Part shown: positions 27,891-38,905 of the stretch, piece by piece
Layout: every line of letters begins with the position of its first letter
Position numbering within the stretch: the stretch's first letter is position 1
Source: a virus
DNA: 64,000 nucleotides
Virus record (IMG/VR): IMGVR_UViG_3300033182_000991
Coordinates: 1-64,000 of that record
Reading direction: 5' to 3' (one strand)
Program-made: the position numbers and the translations under genes
The notes under the pieces: model-generated
The model's input: the letters and a program-made list of their open reading frames with translations, nothing else
The model's database searches: none
What the model was told of the DNA's origin: nothing

Positions 27891-28603
27891 TATATCATCA
27901 TAAAGTCTTTCATGTGGTCTAATCTGTGCCAAGGATAGTTCATTTCCTGATTGATGTAATCAATGAAGTCAAAGTTTTTCAAATCCATTTTATCAAATTC
28001 TTCTTGGAACTTTTCAGCAAAACAAGCGTCCACGACATTGTTTATAAAATCGATGCTGACGGTGGAATTACCTTTTATATATATGTTAATTTCCTGACTC
28101 TCACTGTTGATATCAATCGTAATCTCGTCATTGGTATAATTAGCACGATAAATATGATTGGCAATCTTTGCTGCCAAGAAGTAATAGTTTTTATAACTTA
28201 TTGATTGACCAAAGATATCTTGTGAGATTATTGGTTTTCTGAATACACCTGCAGTTGCGACAGTACGAGGGTCAGTAATTAGTGTATCATCATCTCGGTT
28301 AAATCTGTGGTAATGAAATCTTCTGTTTTGTGGTTTACTATTTTCACCATATCTTAAAAGGTCCACAATGTTAATCGGAATCCAATCCTCATCGTATATC
28401 TGAGATAGTTTTTCATTTATCACCGCTGAGGTGTCAAACACATTTGTTAATGTGGTGAATCCGTTCACCACAAAAAATCGGTCTACCCACGTCACCCAAA
28501 TTTTTGCTTCCAAATCGGGTTTTATTTCTTCTTGTTTCTGTATGATGATGGTTGCAATCATATCACAAATCTCATCACAGAACCTCAATTCTTTTTTATT
28601 CAT
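27890..28603 (-). CDS. hypothetical protein (faint resemblance to MetK N-terminus)
   Basis: 237 aa; ICDMIATII..FVVNGFTT. Confidence 0.6.
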   Translation of the reverse strand: MNKKELRFCDEICDMIATIIIQKQEEIKPDLEAKIWVTWVDRFFVVNGFTTLTNVFDTSAVINEKLSQIYDEDWIPINIVDLLRYGENSKPQNRRFHYHRFNRDDDTLITDPRTVATAGVFRKPIISQDIFGQSISYKNYYFLAAKIANHIYRANYTNDEITIDINSESQEINIYIKGNSTVSIDFINNVVDACFAEKFQEEFDKMDLKNFDFIDYINQEMNYPWHRLDHMKDFMMI

Positions 28604-28734
28604 TAGTCTTTAACTTGTCTATGGTGAAATTATATTAAAAAGGAATGAAAGGTTAAAGACCAATGATGTATTTATTGTATAGAATTGAGTTGGATTATAT
28701 TTATTAAAATAAACCTTGTGACCTTTATTATTGA

Positions 28735-31700
28735 ATGGCTAAAAATCTAAGAATTGTACCGAACCCCACGGGTTCTACACCGTATATATTATTTGAAAAT
28801 ACTTCAGGTGGAAAGATACAGATGAACATCAAGGATGATGGTTCTATTGTATTCTCTGGTGCAACCAATGGTGATGACTTATTTAAGATGGATGCCAACG
28901 CTCAGAACATTAGAGTTGGTAAGGATGTTAACTTTGAAAATGATATCTATTTTGATAATAAGTTAACCATTTCTGATGATGGTCAATGGGTTGGTACTGA
29001 TGTTGGTGTAAAAGGTAACAAAGGTAGTTTAGGTCCCACTGGCGACCAAGGTGAGAAAGGTCTTAAAGGTTTAAGAGGTTCTCAAGGTGGTGGTGGTGAC
29101 CAAGGTCCTACAGGTGATGATTTCCAAGGTTCAACAGGTCCACAGGGACCACAAGGTCCCACAGGTGAAGACAACACGAAGGGTGATGTCGGTTTCAAAG
29201 GTATTAAAGGTTCCCAAACAAAAGGTCAAAAAGGTCCACAGGGTAGTTCTCCAAGAGGTTCACAAGGTTCGCAAGGGGCATCTCCTAAAGGTATTAAAGG
29301 TGGTCAAGGTCCTCAGGGAGCGATAGGTCCCCAAGGTGGGCAAGGTGTCTCTACGAGGGGTCCTGAAGGTTCATTGGGGGATTCTTTCCAAGGTTCTACA
29401 GGTCCTACAGGTGATTCATCACCAGGGGATGTGGGTGGACAAGGTTCGCAGGGAGCTCAGGGTCCTGGTGGTGATAAGGGTGTTAAGGGACCTGGTGGTT
29501 TGCAAGGGGACAAAGGTCCTACCGCACCTAAAGGTCCAAAAGGATTGAAAGGACCTACCGCACCTAAGGGTCCTAAAGGTTATAAAGGTACAAAAGGTTT
29601 GAAGGGTACTAAGGGTGCTCAGGGTAATTCACCAAGAGGTGCTCTTGGACCACAAGGTGTTTCTCCTATCGGACCACAGGGTACTCAAGGTACGTCACCG
29701 AGAGGTAATCAAGGTGTTATCGGAATTCAGCCAGGTCGTGGTGCACAAGGTGATGCAAATCCAGGACCAACAGGACCTACGGGTTCCACAAATCAGGGAC
29801 CTCAAGGTTCTACAGGTCCAACCAACCAAGGTCCACAAGGTCCTGTTGGTTCTCAGGGTCCTGCGGGTAATGCAGGTCCGAAAGGTCTTAAAGGTTATAA
29901 AGGTACTAAGGGTACCAAAGGTCATAAAGGTTATAAAGGTAATATCGGTGCGTCACCTGTAGGTCCAAGAGGTCCACAAGGTGCGTCGCCTCAAGGACCT
30001 CAGGGTGGTCAGGGACCGCAAGGAGCAGCCAACCCAGGTCCTGTAGGGCCAGGTGGTTCTGCATTTACAGGTAGTGGTGGTGACCAAGGTCCTGTGGGTC
30101 CTCAGGGTAATGACGGACCAAAAGGTCCTAAAGGTATTAAGGGTAATCTTGGTTCCAAAGGTCTTAAAGGTACCAAAGGTAATATTGGTAACTCACCAAG
30201 AGGTCCACAAGGCTCTCAAGGAGCATCACCGAGAGGTGGTACTGGTGCGATAGGTACACAAGGAGCTGCGAATCCTGGACCACAAGGTCCAACAGGTTCA
30301 TCTTTCACTGGTGATGGTGGTGACCAAGGACCAACAGGGCCAACAGGAAACGACGGACCTAAGGGTCTCAAAGGGTACAAAGGTGCTACTGGAGCCAAAG
30401 GATATAAGGGACACAAAGGTTATCGTGGAGCATCACCTCAAGGTCCTATTGGTCCACAAGGTGCATCTCCTCAGGGTGGACAAGGTGCAAGGGGTAATCA
30501 AGGTGCGGCCAATCCAGGTCCTAAAGGTCCTGTAGGTTCAACTAACCAAGGTTCAACAGGACCTCAAGGTTCGGGAGGACCAACGGGTTATGATGGACCT
30601 AAGGGTCCAAAAGGTTACAAGGGAACCAAAGGATTGAAAGGTCGTAAGGGTTTCAAGGGATATATAGGTGGTTCTCCTCAAGGACCAAGAGGTGGTACAG
30701 GGTCTTCACCACAAGGGGGTCAAGGTAATCAGGGTCCTCAGGGTGATGCGAATCCGGGGCCACAAGGACCAACAGGACCATCTTTCCAAGGTTCTACAGG
30801 TCTTCAAGGACCGACAGGTCCAACTGCAGGTGATGGTCCTAAGGGACCAAAAGGTATCAAAGGACCTAAGGGATTGAAAGGTCGTAAGGGTATCAAAGGT
30901 AATGTTGGTAATTCGCCAAGGGGACCTCAAGGTGCTCAAGGAGCATCTCCACGAGGACCACAAGGTAACAGAGGTGGTACAGGTGCTGCCAACCCAGGAC
31001 CAAAAGGACCTGTAGGTTCTTCATTCCAAGGTGCACAAGGAGCTCAGGGTTCCACAGGTCCTACTGGTAATGATGGACCAAAAGGTTATAAGGGATATAA
31101 AGGTGCTTTGGGTGCCAAAGGTTATAAAGGTCATAAGGGTTATCGTGGTTCTTCACCACAAGGTCCTATTGGTAACCAAGGGGGTTCTCCTCAAGGACCG
31201 AGAGGTGCGGGTGGTCCACAAGGTGCCGCTAATCCAGGTCCAAAGGGTCCTGTTGGTGATACAAATCAAGGTTCAACAGGTCCACAAGGTTCAACAGGAC
31301 CACAGGGTAATGACGGACCAAAGGGGCCAAAAGGTTACAAGGGAACCAAAGGTCATAAGGGATATAAAGGACCTAAAGGTTATGTTGGTTCATCACCAAG
31401 GGGTCCTCAGGGTCCACAGGGTGCATCTCCAAGAGGTAATACAGGTGATAATAATCCTGGTCCGACTGGTCCAACAGGTTCTTCGTTCCAAGGTTCAACG
31501 GGTCCTCAGGGTAATGATGGAACAAAAGGTCATAAGGGTTATGTAAGTGCTAAGGGGCACAAAGGTTATATAGGTACGTCGCCAAGAGGTCCTCAAGGGT
31601 CTCAAGGAGCGTCTCCAAGGGGACCGCAGGGTGCTGCCAACCAAGGTGGTACGGGTCCAACGGGTTCTGCCTTCCAAGGTGATAAAGGACCTACAGGTAA

Positions 31701-32898
31701 TGCGGGTGCAAAAGGTTACAAAGGTCTTAAAGGTAGAAAGGGCCATAAAGGTTACATCGGTACTTCACCATTAGGTCCACGAGGTTCTGCGGGTGACTCA
31801 CCAAGAGGTGGTACAGGAGCCAACAATCCGGGGCCTCAAGGACCGACAGGTTCATCATTCCAAGGTTCAACAGGACCACAGGGTAATGACGGACCAAAGG
31901 GGCCGAAAGGTTATAAGGGTGCTAAGGGTCACAAAGGTTATATTGGTTCTAAGGGTCCACAGGGTTCTTCACCAAAAGGACCTATAGGTCCAACAGGTGA
32001 ATCAGAACCAGGTCCAAAAGGTCTTAAGGGACCTAAGGGTTATAAAGGTAGTCCTGGTACAGATGCTAAGGGACGTAAAGGTGGTCCCGGTGCCAAAGGT
32101 ACGAAAGGTCTTAAAGGTTATAAGGGTGATGTAAATACTCAAGCGGGTTCAACGGGTTCAACAGGTCTATATCCAGGTCCGAAGGGACCTAAAGGTTATG
32201 CGGGTAAGATTGGACCATCGGGTACAGGTCCTAAGGGTCCGAGAGGTAACCAAGGGGGTGCGGGCTCAAAAGGTTTGAAAGGTTATAAGGGTAATAAGGG
32301 ACCTAAAGGGTTCAAAGGTCCTGCATCTTCATGTTATTCGGTAACAATGTTCGGTCCGGCTGGTGACGCAGGTGAAGCTTGTATACCTGAGGAATGGAAT
32401 GGTTATTCTGACTGTTCAACTCCGGCTGATGGTTGTAAGGTTTATCAGGTAAGTACCTGTACTTCATGTACATCTTTAACGGGTTTATTCTTAAGTGACG
32501 GTGCAGATGTATTTGAAGTAGGACCTAACAGTGACCCTTGTGAATTAGTTTTTGTTCAAGGTTGTGGTCGTTCGGATGTTAGATTGAAGAATAACATTGA
32601 GACTCTAACAAATATCACAGAGAGAATTCTTGAGATTGATGTGAAAGAATATGATTGGAATGAGAATTTACCTAACTATCAAGACTTAAAAGATAAAGAT
32701 AAGTTACACTCTATCGGTATTATTGCTCAGGAATTGTTACCAATCTTCCCTGAGTTAGTGTATAGAAGAAGTGATGGGTACTACAGTATCTACTACTATA
32801 AGTTGAATGCCATATTAATTGAGGCTGTTAAAGAACAGCAAAGAGAGATTGAGTCTATTGACCAAGACATTAAACTATTATCACAAAAATTGAGTTAA
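28735..32898 (+). CDS. collagen-like tail/virion fibre 1 with Cys-rich tip and Peptidase_S74 chaperone
   Basis: About 1100 aa of Gly-X-Y; 8-Cys segment; SDVRLKNNI..GIIAQE..PELV..Y.KL. Confidence 0.9.
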   Translation: MAKNLRIVPNPTGSTPYILFENTSGGKIQMNIKDDGSIVFSGATNGDDLFKMDANAQNIRVGKDVNFENDIYFDNKLTISDDGQWVGTDVGVKGNKGSLGPTGDQGEKGLKGLRGSQGGGGDQGPTGDDFQGSTGPQGPQGPTGEDNTKGDVGFKGIKGSQTKGQKGPQGSSPRGSQGSQGASPKGIKGGQGPQGAIGPQGGQGVSTRGPEGSLGDSFQGSTGPTGDSSPGDVGGQGSQGAQGPGGDKGVKGPGGLQGDKGPTAPKGPKGLKGPTAPKGPKGYKGTKGLKGTKGAQGNSPRGALGPQGVSPIGPQGTQGTSPRGNQGVIGIQPGRGAQGDANPGPTGPTGSTNQGPQGSTGPTNQGPQGPVGSQGPAGNAGPKGLKGYKGTKGTKGHKGYKGNIGASPVGPRGPQGASPQGPQGGQGPQGAANPGPVGPGGSAFTGSGGDQGPVGPQGNDGPKGPKGIKGNLGSKGLKGTKGNIGNSPRGPQGSQGASPRGGTGAIGTQGAANPGPQGPTGSSFTGDGGDQGPTGPTGNDGPKGLKGYKGATGAKGYKGHKGYRGASPQGPIGPQGASPQGGQGARGNQGAANPGPKGPVGSTNQGSTGPQGSGGPTGYDGPKGPKGYKGTKGLKGRKGFKGYIGGSPQGPRGGTGSSPQGGQGNQGPQGDANPGPQGPTGPSFQGSTGLQGPTGPTAGDGPKGPKGIKGPKGLKGRKGIKGNVGNSPRGPQGAQGASPRGPQGNRGGTGAANPGPKGPVGSSFQGAQGAQGSTGPTGNDGPKGYKGYKGALGAKGYKGHKGYRGSSPQGPIGNQGGSPQGPRGAGGPQGAANPGPKGPVGDTNQGSTGPQGSTGPQGNDGPKGPKGYKGTKGHKGYKGPKGYVGSSPRGPQGPQGASPRGNTGDNNPGPTGPTGSSFQGSTGPQGNDGTKGHKGYVSAKGHKGYIGTSPRGPQGSQGASPRGPQGAANQGGTGPTGSAFQGDKGPTGNAGAKGYKGLKGRKGHKGYIGTSPLGPRGSAGDSPRGGTGANNPGPQGPTGSSFQGSTGPQGNDGPKGPKGYKGAKGHKGYIGSKGPQGSSPKGPIGPTGESEPGPKGLKGPKGYKGSPGTDAKGRKGGPGAKGTKGLKGYKGDVNTQAGSTGSTGLYPGPKGPKGYAGKIGPSGTGPKGPRGNQGGAGSKGLKGYKGNKGPKGFKGPASSCYSVTMFGPAGDAGEACIPEEWNGYSDCSTPADGCKVYQVSTCTSCTSLTGLFLSDGADVFEVGPNSDPCELVFVQGCGRSDVRLKNNIETLTNITERILEIDVKEYDWNENLPNYQDLKDKDKLHSIGIIAQELLPIFPELVYRRSDGYYSIYYYKLNAILIEAVKEQQREIESIDQDIKLLSQKLS
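29875..31890 (+). repeat. 240-nt (80-aa) collagen super-repeats followed by 186-nt (62-aa) variants
   Basis: Anchor GA(C/T)GG recurs at about 30112, 30352, 30592, 30832, 31072, 31312. Confidence 0.85.
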
Positions 32899-34844
32899 TG
32901 GCGCAGAATGTAATCATATATCCATCGGGTAGTACCAAGAATCCATACCCACACATTGAGTTTTCAGGTGTGAATGGATACTACTATTGGGAAATTAATG
33001 AGGATGGGGTGTTATACTCTTACCAACCTAACATTCCAACGAGTGGTCTGACTATGTATTTTGATGCTGCGGCATATGACTCATATTCAGGTGGTACGTT
33101 ATGGTGGGATTTGACGGGTGGTCGTTATCTAATTGGTGAAGGTGATGGTGTTCAATACGATGGTGTGATGACTGGTGCTACAAAATATAGAAACGTCAAT
33201 CAGTTGATACATACTGAAGCCTCTGCGATTAATGTTAATACAGTTAATGAGTGGTGGTTCTCAGATATTGCTAATGGGTTGGAAGATATTAACTTTAATA
33301 ATGATTATTATGACCAGCTGATTGCGGGAAATTATGATACTATATTTGTAAGACTTTATAAGTCTACTGAACCCGATACTTACTACCAAGTTTATAGTGG
33401 GAGTGGTGCGTCTTTAGTTGCTGGTGATGACCTTAAACTTAATATGGTTCGTATAGATGGTGTTAATAGTTGGGACGGTTCAGACATTTATAATACTCAA
33501 AGAGCAGGGTATCCTGGTTTGAATAACAAAGATTTAGATGGTGTGGTCACTGTTGAATTTATCCCATCAAGGAATGGTAGTGGACTAAGTGCTTCTACAA
33601 CAAATGCCAGTTTGGTTAATGCTCCTTACCACAATCCTATTAATGGTGGTGTATTCAGGTTTGATGCTACCAATGAATACGCAAGAGCCTTAGACCCAAA
33701 CATTCGTGGGGGAAGTATTTCTCGTACTATGATTGGATTCTTCAGTGCGGGTACATCTGAGAATGGATGTATTTTTGGTATTGGTGACCAACCTGAAAAT
33801 AACGGTGGTGCTAACTCATCATGGGAGTTATGGAATTATAATCAATCGTCAGGTGCGGGATTAAGAATCCATACTCAAAGTTTTAATTTTGGTACCAGTC
33901 CTGAATATAGATTGACTGACAATTTAGATAAGTGGTTGATGGCGGTTCTTAGTTATGATACTGATGCTAACGTTGCGTCACTAAAGATTTATGATGATGG
34001 TGTGGTAACCTCAGGTACGAGTAGTAATTCATCTATTGATACTATTACAAATAACTTCTCAGTTAATAAATCTGCATATGGTAGTGAAGGTGGTGGTATG
34101 ACAGGTAATTTTGCGTTAGCCTTATACTATGAAAGAGAAATTTTAGATAGTGAGATAGAACAAATTTATAGAGTATTCTCCCCAAGGTTTGGTGTGACTC
34201 CAGCTATTGTTAAGCCAGGACTTGAAATGTGGTTGGATGCCAAAAATACTAACAGTTATACTGGTGGTACTATATGGCATGACTTAACTGAAAACGGTAA
34301 TGATGGAACTATCAATGGTCCGACCCATACTGACTACTACTTAGACTTTGACGGTACTGACGATTACGTTTCTTTACCAGCACAGACTATGTACCGTTCA
34401 GGTGGTACGATATGTATGTTATTTAACAAAGATGCCGAGAACGGAGGATTGTTATGGGGTGCAAACTATGATAGACATTTATCAACACTATCAAATAATT
34501 TCTATGGTGAAACTGCATCAAACTGTAATAGTTTTAATTCACCAACTTACAGTGCAGGGACAGGTAATTGGGTTCAGTATACATTAGTTTTCACGGGGAA
34601 TAGTGCTTATCACTATATTGATGGTGTTTCCATTGGTGAGACTCCAAATTATGGTTCAATAAACTGTGGAAGTGCCACTACTCAATTAGAGGCTGACTTC
34701 CCATTTAGTAGAATTGGTAATTCAACACAATACGTTGGAAACTTTGATGGTAAGATTTCGGTGGTATTGAAATACGATAGACCATTAACTCAAACTGAAA
34801 TCACTAAAAACTACGATGCATTAAAGCAAAGATACAGTGATTAA
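32898..34844 (+). CDS. LamG/ConA-like lectin-domain fibre-associated protein
   Basis: GL.MY/WLDA..SY.GGT.W.DL repeated; FDGTDDYV; FDGKI..Y.R.LT..EI..NY. Confidence 0.8.
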   Translation: MAQNVIIYPSGSTKNPYPHIEFSGVNGYYYWEINEDGVLYSYQPNIPTSGLTMYFDAAAYDSYSGGTLWWDLTGGRYLIGEGDGVQYDGVMTGATKYRNVNQLIHTEASAINVNTVNEWWFSDIANGLEDINFNNDYYDQLIAGNYDTIFVRLYKSTEPDTYYQVYSGSGASLVAGDDLKLNMVRIDGVNSWDGSDIYNTQRAGYPGLNNKDLDGVVTVEFIPSRNGSGLSASTTNASLVNAPYHNPINGGVFRFDATNEYARALDPNIRGGSISRTMIGFFSAGTSENGCIFGIGDQPENNGGANSSWELWNYNQSSGAGLRIHTQSFNFGTSPEYRLTDNLDKWLMAVLSYDTDANVASLKIYDDGVVTSGTSSNSSIDTITNNFSVNKSAYGSEGGGMTGNFALALYYEREILDSEIEQIYRVFSPRFGVTPAIVKPGLEMWLDAKNTNSYTGGTIWHDLTENGNDGTINGPTHTDYYLDFDGTDDYVSLPAQTMYRSGGTICMLFNKDAENGGLLWGANYDRHLSTLSNNFYGETASNCNSFNSPTYSAGTGNWVQYTLVFTGNSAYHYIDGVSIGETPNYGSINCGSATTQLEADFPFSRIGNSTQYVGNFDGKISVVLKYDRPLTQTEITKNYDALKQRYSD

Positions 34845-34868
34845 ACTATTTATTAAAAGACTTGAATT

Positions 34869-35117
34869 ATGACAAATTATACTTACTTGATAATCAAAAC
34901 GAACGAGGTTGATAAGGTTGATTTCAGCCAAGTCAGAGAGACATCATCTGAAACTTTGAGACATAGTTTGGATGATACAAAGACATTTATTAAGTGGGAT
35001 AATGAAACGCCAACTTTTGTGAATAATTTTGAATGGACGGACGGTCCTTATAATCATACACAAATAATTAATATTTTATCTACGGATGAATGGGTTGATA
35101 CTAATGGGCCGAGTTAA
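34869..35117 (+). CDS. small tail-region protein
   Basis: VDFSQV.ETS..TLR.S.D.TK.F.KW..ILS..EW pattern; lies among fibre genes. Confidence 0.65.
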   Translation: MTNYTYLIIKTNEVDKVDFSQVRETSSETLRHSLDDTKTFIKWDNETPTFVNNFEWTDGPYNHTQIINILSTDEWVDTNGPS

Positions 35118-38100
35118 TGAAAGCAAGAATATTTCAAATATCTGATTCCGCAAATCCCCTAAAGATTTATGTAATCTCTAAGTTCAATGAAGGATTGGAT
35201 GTGAATTCCAATGCGGTTATTGATGCAAAAGGGCAATGGGTAGGTCCAATCACCAACCTTAAAGGTCTTAAGGGTGAGAAGGGTGATTTGGGTAACAAAG
35301 GTATTAAAGGAACTCAAGGTACCACTGGTGGAGGTGGTGACAAAGGTCTTAAAGGTAATAAGGGTCTTAAGTTCGGTAAGGGTCACAAAGGTTTAATTGG
35401 TGATAAGGGTATCAAAGGTCGTAAAGGTCTTGTTGCCGATAAAGGTCCAACAGGTACAACAGGTACAGGAACAAAAGGTACTCAGGGTCCTGTAGGTGAT
35501 TCAGTTCAAGGTTCTACAGGTCCTACGGGTTCAGCATTTATTGGTCCAACAGGTGGAGGAGGAGACCAAGGTCCACAAGGTGGTCAGGGTTCTACGGGTC
35601 CGACGGGTGCTGCTGGTGATAAAGGACCTAAAGGTGTTAAGGGAGCCAAAGGTAGTAAAGGTATTAAAGGACCAACTGCTGGTAAGGGTTTGAAAGGTGA
35701 TACAGGTTCAACAGGTGCTGGTGGTGATAAGGGATATAAAGGAGCTGCAGGTACAGGTCCTAAGGGTCAGAAAGGTCCTCAGGGTAATTCGCCAATTGGT
35801 GCTAAAGGTCCACAGGGAAGTTCTCCTCGTGGTAACTTTGGTGGTCAAGGAAATCAAGGTGGACAAGGTGGTGTTGGTGACAACAATCCAGGTCCAAAAG
35901 GACCAATAGGTTCAACTAATCAGGGTCCTATTGGTGACCAAGGACCTACATTCCAAGGGTCTACAGGTCTTCAAGGTTCAGGTGGTCCTGGTGGTGACAA
36001 AGGACCTCAGGGTAATGATGGTCCAAAAGGACCTAAAGGATATAAAGGTGGTGTTGGTGCCAAAGGTATTAAAGGTACTAAGGGTTCTACTGGTCCTAAG
36101 GGTCTTAAAGGTAGAAAAGGTAATATTGGTACATCACCAATCGGTCCTCAAGGTCCACAGGGTTCTTCACCATTAGGACCAAGAGGAGGTCAAGGTGCAC
36201 AAGGAGCTGCCAATCCAGGACCTCAAGGTCCAACGGGTTCTTCCTTCCAAGGTTCAGGTGGTGACCAAGGACCGACAGGTCCACAAGGAAACGATGGACC
36301 TAAGGGTATTAAAGGTACCAAAGGTACGAAGGGTCTCAAAGGACGTAAGGGTGTAAAAGGTTACATCGGTGGTTCACCACAAGGTCCTATCGGTCCTCAA
36401 GGAGCATCTCCACAAGGAGGTCAGGGTAATCAGGGACCTCAGGGTGATGCGAATCCAGGCCCAACAGGACCAACAGGTTCTTCATTTACAGGGGACGGTG
36501 GTGACCAAGGTCCAACTGGACCGACAGGGAACGATGGACCGAAGGGTCCAAAAGGTTACAAGGGAACCAAAGGATTAAAAGGACGTAAGGGTGTGAAGGG
36601 TTACATTGGTGCATCACCTCAAGGACCTATTGGTCCACAAGGTGCATCTCCACGTGGTCCACAAGGTGCAAGAGGTGGTACAGGAGCATCCAACCCAGGT
36701 CCTCAGGGTCCGACAGGTCCGTCATTTACAGGTAGTGGTGGTGACCAAGGTCCGGTAGGTCCACAAGGAAACGATGGTCCAAAAGGACCTAAGGGTATCA
36801 AAGGTGGTGCCGGAGCCAAAGGTTATAAAGGTCACAAAGGTTACAGAGGGACATCACCTCAAGGACCTCGTGGTGCAACAGGTGCGTCTCCCCAAGGTGC
36901 ACAGGGTGCAAGAGGTAATACAGGTTCTGCTAATCCTGGTCCAACAGGTCCAGGTGGTTCGGCTAACCCAGGTGCTCAGGGACCTGGTGGTGATAAAGGT
37001 CCGATAGGTAATGATGGGGCTAAGGGTTACAAAGGTACTAAAGGAGCCAAAGGTCATAAGGGATATAAAGGACCTAAAGGTTATGTTGGTAGTTCACCAC
37101 AAGGACCTATTGGTCCACAAGGTGCATCACCACAGGGTCCACAAGGTGGTCAAGGTCCTCAAGGGGCTAATAATCCAGGTCCAAAGGGACCTACAGGACC
37201 GGCGTATCAAGGTCCAATAGGGCCTGGTGGTTCAGGTGGTCCAACAGGTTATGACGGTCCAAAAGGACCTAAGGGTATAAAAGGACCAACTGGTCCTCAG
37301 GGTGATAAAGGTTTCAAAGGAAACATTGGTAATTCACCAAGAGGTCCATTCGGACCAACAGGTGCATCTCCACGAGGACCACAAGGTAACAGAGGTGGAA
37401 CAGGTGCTGGTAATCCTGGTCCTCAGGGTCCAGGTGGTTCTGCATTCCAAGGTAGTGGAGGTGCTCAAGGACCGACAGGACCACAAGGTAACGATGGACC
37501 AAAAGGTCCTAAAGGTTATAAAGGTGGTACTGGTGCCAAAGGATATAAAGGTCATAAGGGATATAGAGGTACTTCACCAACAGGTCCGAGAGGTGCACAA
37601 GGTGTATCCCCACGTGGTAATACAGGTGCACGTGGTGTTACAGGAGCTAATAATCCAGGACCAAAAGGTCCTGTTGGACCAGCATTCCAAGGAGATAAGG
37701 GTTACACTGCTCCTGATGGTGCAAAAGGTTACAAAGGACTCAAGGGTAGAAAAGGCCATAAAGGATATATTGGAGGTTCTCCATTAGGTCCACGTGGTTC
37801 GGCAGGTGCATCACCGAGAGGACCACAAGGTGCGGCTAATCCAGGACCAACAGGTCCAGGAGGTTCGGCCTTCCAAGGTGATAAGGGACCTACAGGTAAT
37901 GCAGGTGCTAAAGGTTACAAAGGACTCAAGGGTAGAAAAGGTCATAAAGGATATATTGGTACATCACCGAGAGGTCCACAAGGTAATCAAGGGGCATCTC
38001 CGAGAGGTAACCAAGGGTCAGCCAATCCAGGTCCGAAGGGACCTAAAGGGTATAGTAATCCTGGTTCAACAGGGCCTACAGGTTATGATGGTCCAAAGGG

Positions 38101-38905
38101 TCCTAAGGGTATTAAAGGGTCTAAGGGACACAAGGGATATATAGGTAATTCTCCTCAAGGTCCGAGAGGTGCCACAGGTGCTTCTCCACGAGGAGGTGGA
38201 GGTGATACAGGACCTGGTGGTTCTAATAATCCAGGACCAAAAGGTTATAAAGGTGCTGCGGGTTATGGTCCTATCGGATTACAAGGTAATAGAGGGGCGA
38301 CAGGTCCACAAGGTTCACCTGGATTAGAACCAGGTGAAGACGGTTCAACAGGTTCAACAGGTTTCCAAGGTCCAGCGAGTAACGCTAAGGGTCCTAAGGG
38401 TCCCAAAGGACCTAAAGGTTACATTGGTAATGCCCCTAAAGGTCCAAGAGGTCCTGCGGGTTCAACGGGTTCATCGGCGGTTGGTGCAAAGGGTCCTATT
38501 GGTTCAACGGGTGCTCAAGGTAACCAAGGTGGTAGAGGACCTCAAGGTGCTAAGGGTTATAGAGGTCCTCAGGGTCCATCATCGGATGAGAGATTAAAGA
38601 CAAACATCAAAGGATTGAAAGGTAACCTTTCTAAGTTGTTGTTATTGAAAGGTCTTTACTTTGATTGGAATGATGATGAGTTTACTACAAATTATCTGAA
38701 TGGTATTAAGGGTACCTCTATTGGTTTCGTTGCGCAGGAGGTTGAAGAAGTATTGCCTGATGTGGTTGAAAGAGACCCTCAAGGTGTGATGGGTGTGGAG
38801 TATGATATTATGTCAGTAATTGCCTTAGGTGCTCTCCAAGAACAACACACGAGAATACTTATGTTAAAGGATAGAATAAACAATTTGAAAGAGTTGGTTG
38901 ACTAA
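35117..38905 (+). CDS. collagen-like fibre 2 with Peptidase_S74 chaperone
   Basis: Gly-X-Y to GPQGPS then SDERLKTNI..GFVAQEVEEVLPDVV. Confidence 0.9.
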   Translation: MKARIFQISDSANPLKIYVISKFNEGLDVNSNAVIDAKGQWVGPITNLKGLKGEKGDLGNKGIKGTQGTTGGGGDKGLKGNKGLKFGKGHKGLIGDKGIKGRKGLVADKGPTGTTGTGTKGTQGPVGDSVQGSTGPTGSAFIGPTGGGGDQGPQGGQGSTGPTGAAGDKGPKGVKGAKGSKGIKGPTAGKGLKGDTGSTGAGGDKGYKGAAGTGPKGQKGPQGNSPIGAKGPQGSSPRGNFGGQGNQGGQGGVGDNNPGPKGPIGSTNQGPIGDQGPTFQGSTGLQGSGGPGGDKGPQGNDGPKGPKGYKGGVGAKGIKGTKGSTGPKGLKGRKGNIGTSPIGPQGPQGSSPLGPRGGQGAQGAANPGPQGPTGSSFQGSGGDQGPTGPQGNDGPKGIKGTKGTKGLKGRKGVKGYIGGSPQGPIGPQGASPQGGQGNQGPQGDANPGPTGPTGSSFTGDGGDQGPTGPTGNDGPKGPKGYKGTKGLKGRKGVKGYIGASPQGPIGPQGASPRGPQGARGGTGASNPGPQGPTGPSFTGSGGDQGPVGPQGNDGPKGPKGIKGGAGAKGYKGHKGYRGTSPQGPRGATGASPQGAQGARGNTGSANPGPTGPGGSANPGAQGPGGDKGPIGNDGAKGYKGTKGAKGHKGYKGPKGYVGSSPQGPIGPQGASPQGPQGGQGPQGANNPGPKGPTGPAYQGPIGPGGSGGPTGYDGPKGPKGIKGPTGPQGDKGFKGNIGNSPRGPFGPTGASPRGPQGNRGGTGAGNPGPQGPGGSAFQGSGGAQGPTGPQGNDGPKGPKGYKGGTGAKGYKGHKGYRGTSPTGPRGAQGVSPRGNTGARGVTGANNPGPKGPVGPAFQGDKGYTAPDGAKGYKGLKGRKGHKGYIGGSPLGPRGSAGASPRGPQGAANPGPTGPGGSAFQGDKGPTGNAGAKGYKGLKGRKGHKGYIGTSPRGPQGNQGASPRGNQGSANPGPKGPKGYSNPGSTGPTGYDGPKGPKGIKGSKGHKGYIGNSPQGPRGATGASPRGGGGDTGPGGSNNPGPKGYKGAAGYGPIGLQGNRGATGPQGSPGLEPGEDGSTGSTGFQGPASNAKGPKGPKGPKGYIGNAPKGPRGPAGSTGSSAVGAKGPIGSTGAQGNQGGRGPQGAKGYRGPQGPSSDERLKTNIKGLKGNLSKLLLLKGLYFDWNDDEFTTNYLNGIKGTSIGFVAQEVEEVLPDVVERDPQGVMGVEYDIMSVIALGALQEQHTRILMLKDRINNLKELVD
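36290..38110 (+). repeat. 240-nt collagen super-repeats plus shorter variants
   Basis: Anchors at 36291, 36531, 36771, 37011, 37251, 37491. Confidence 0.85.
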
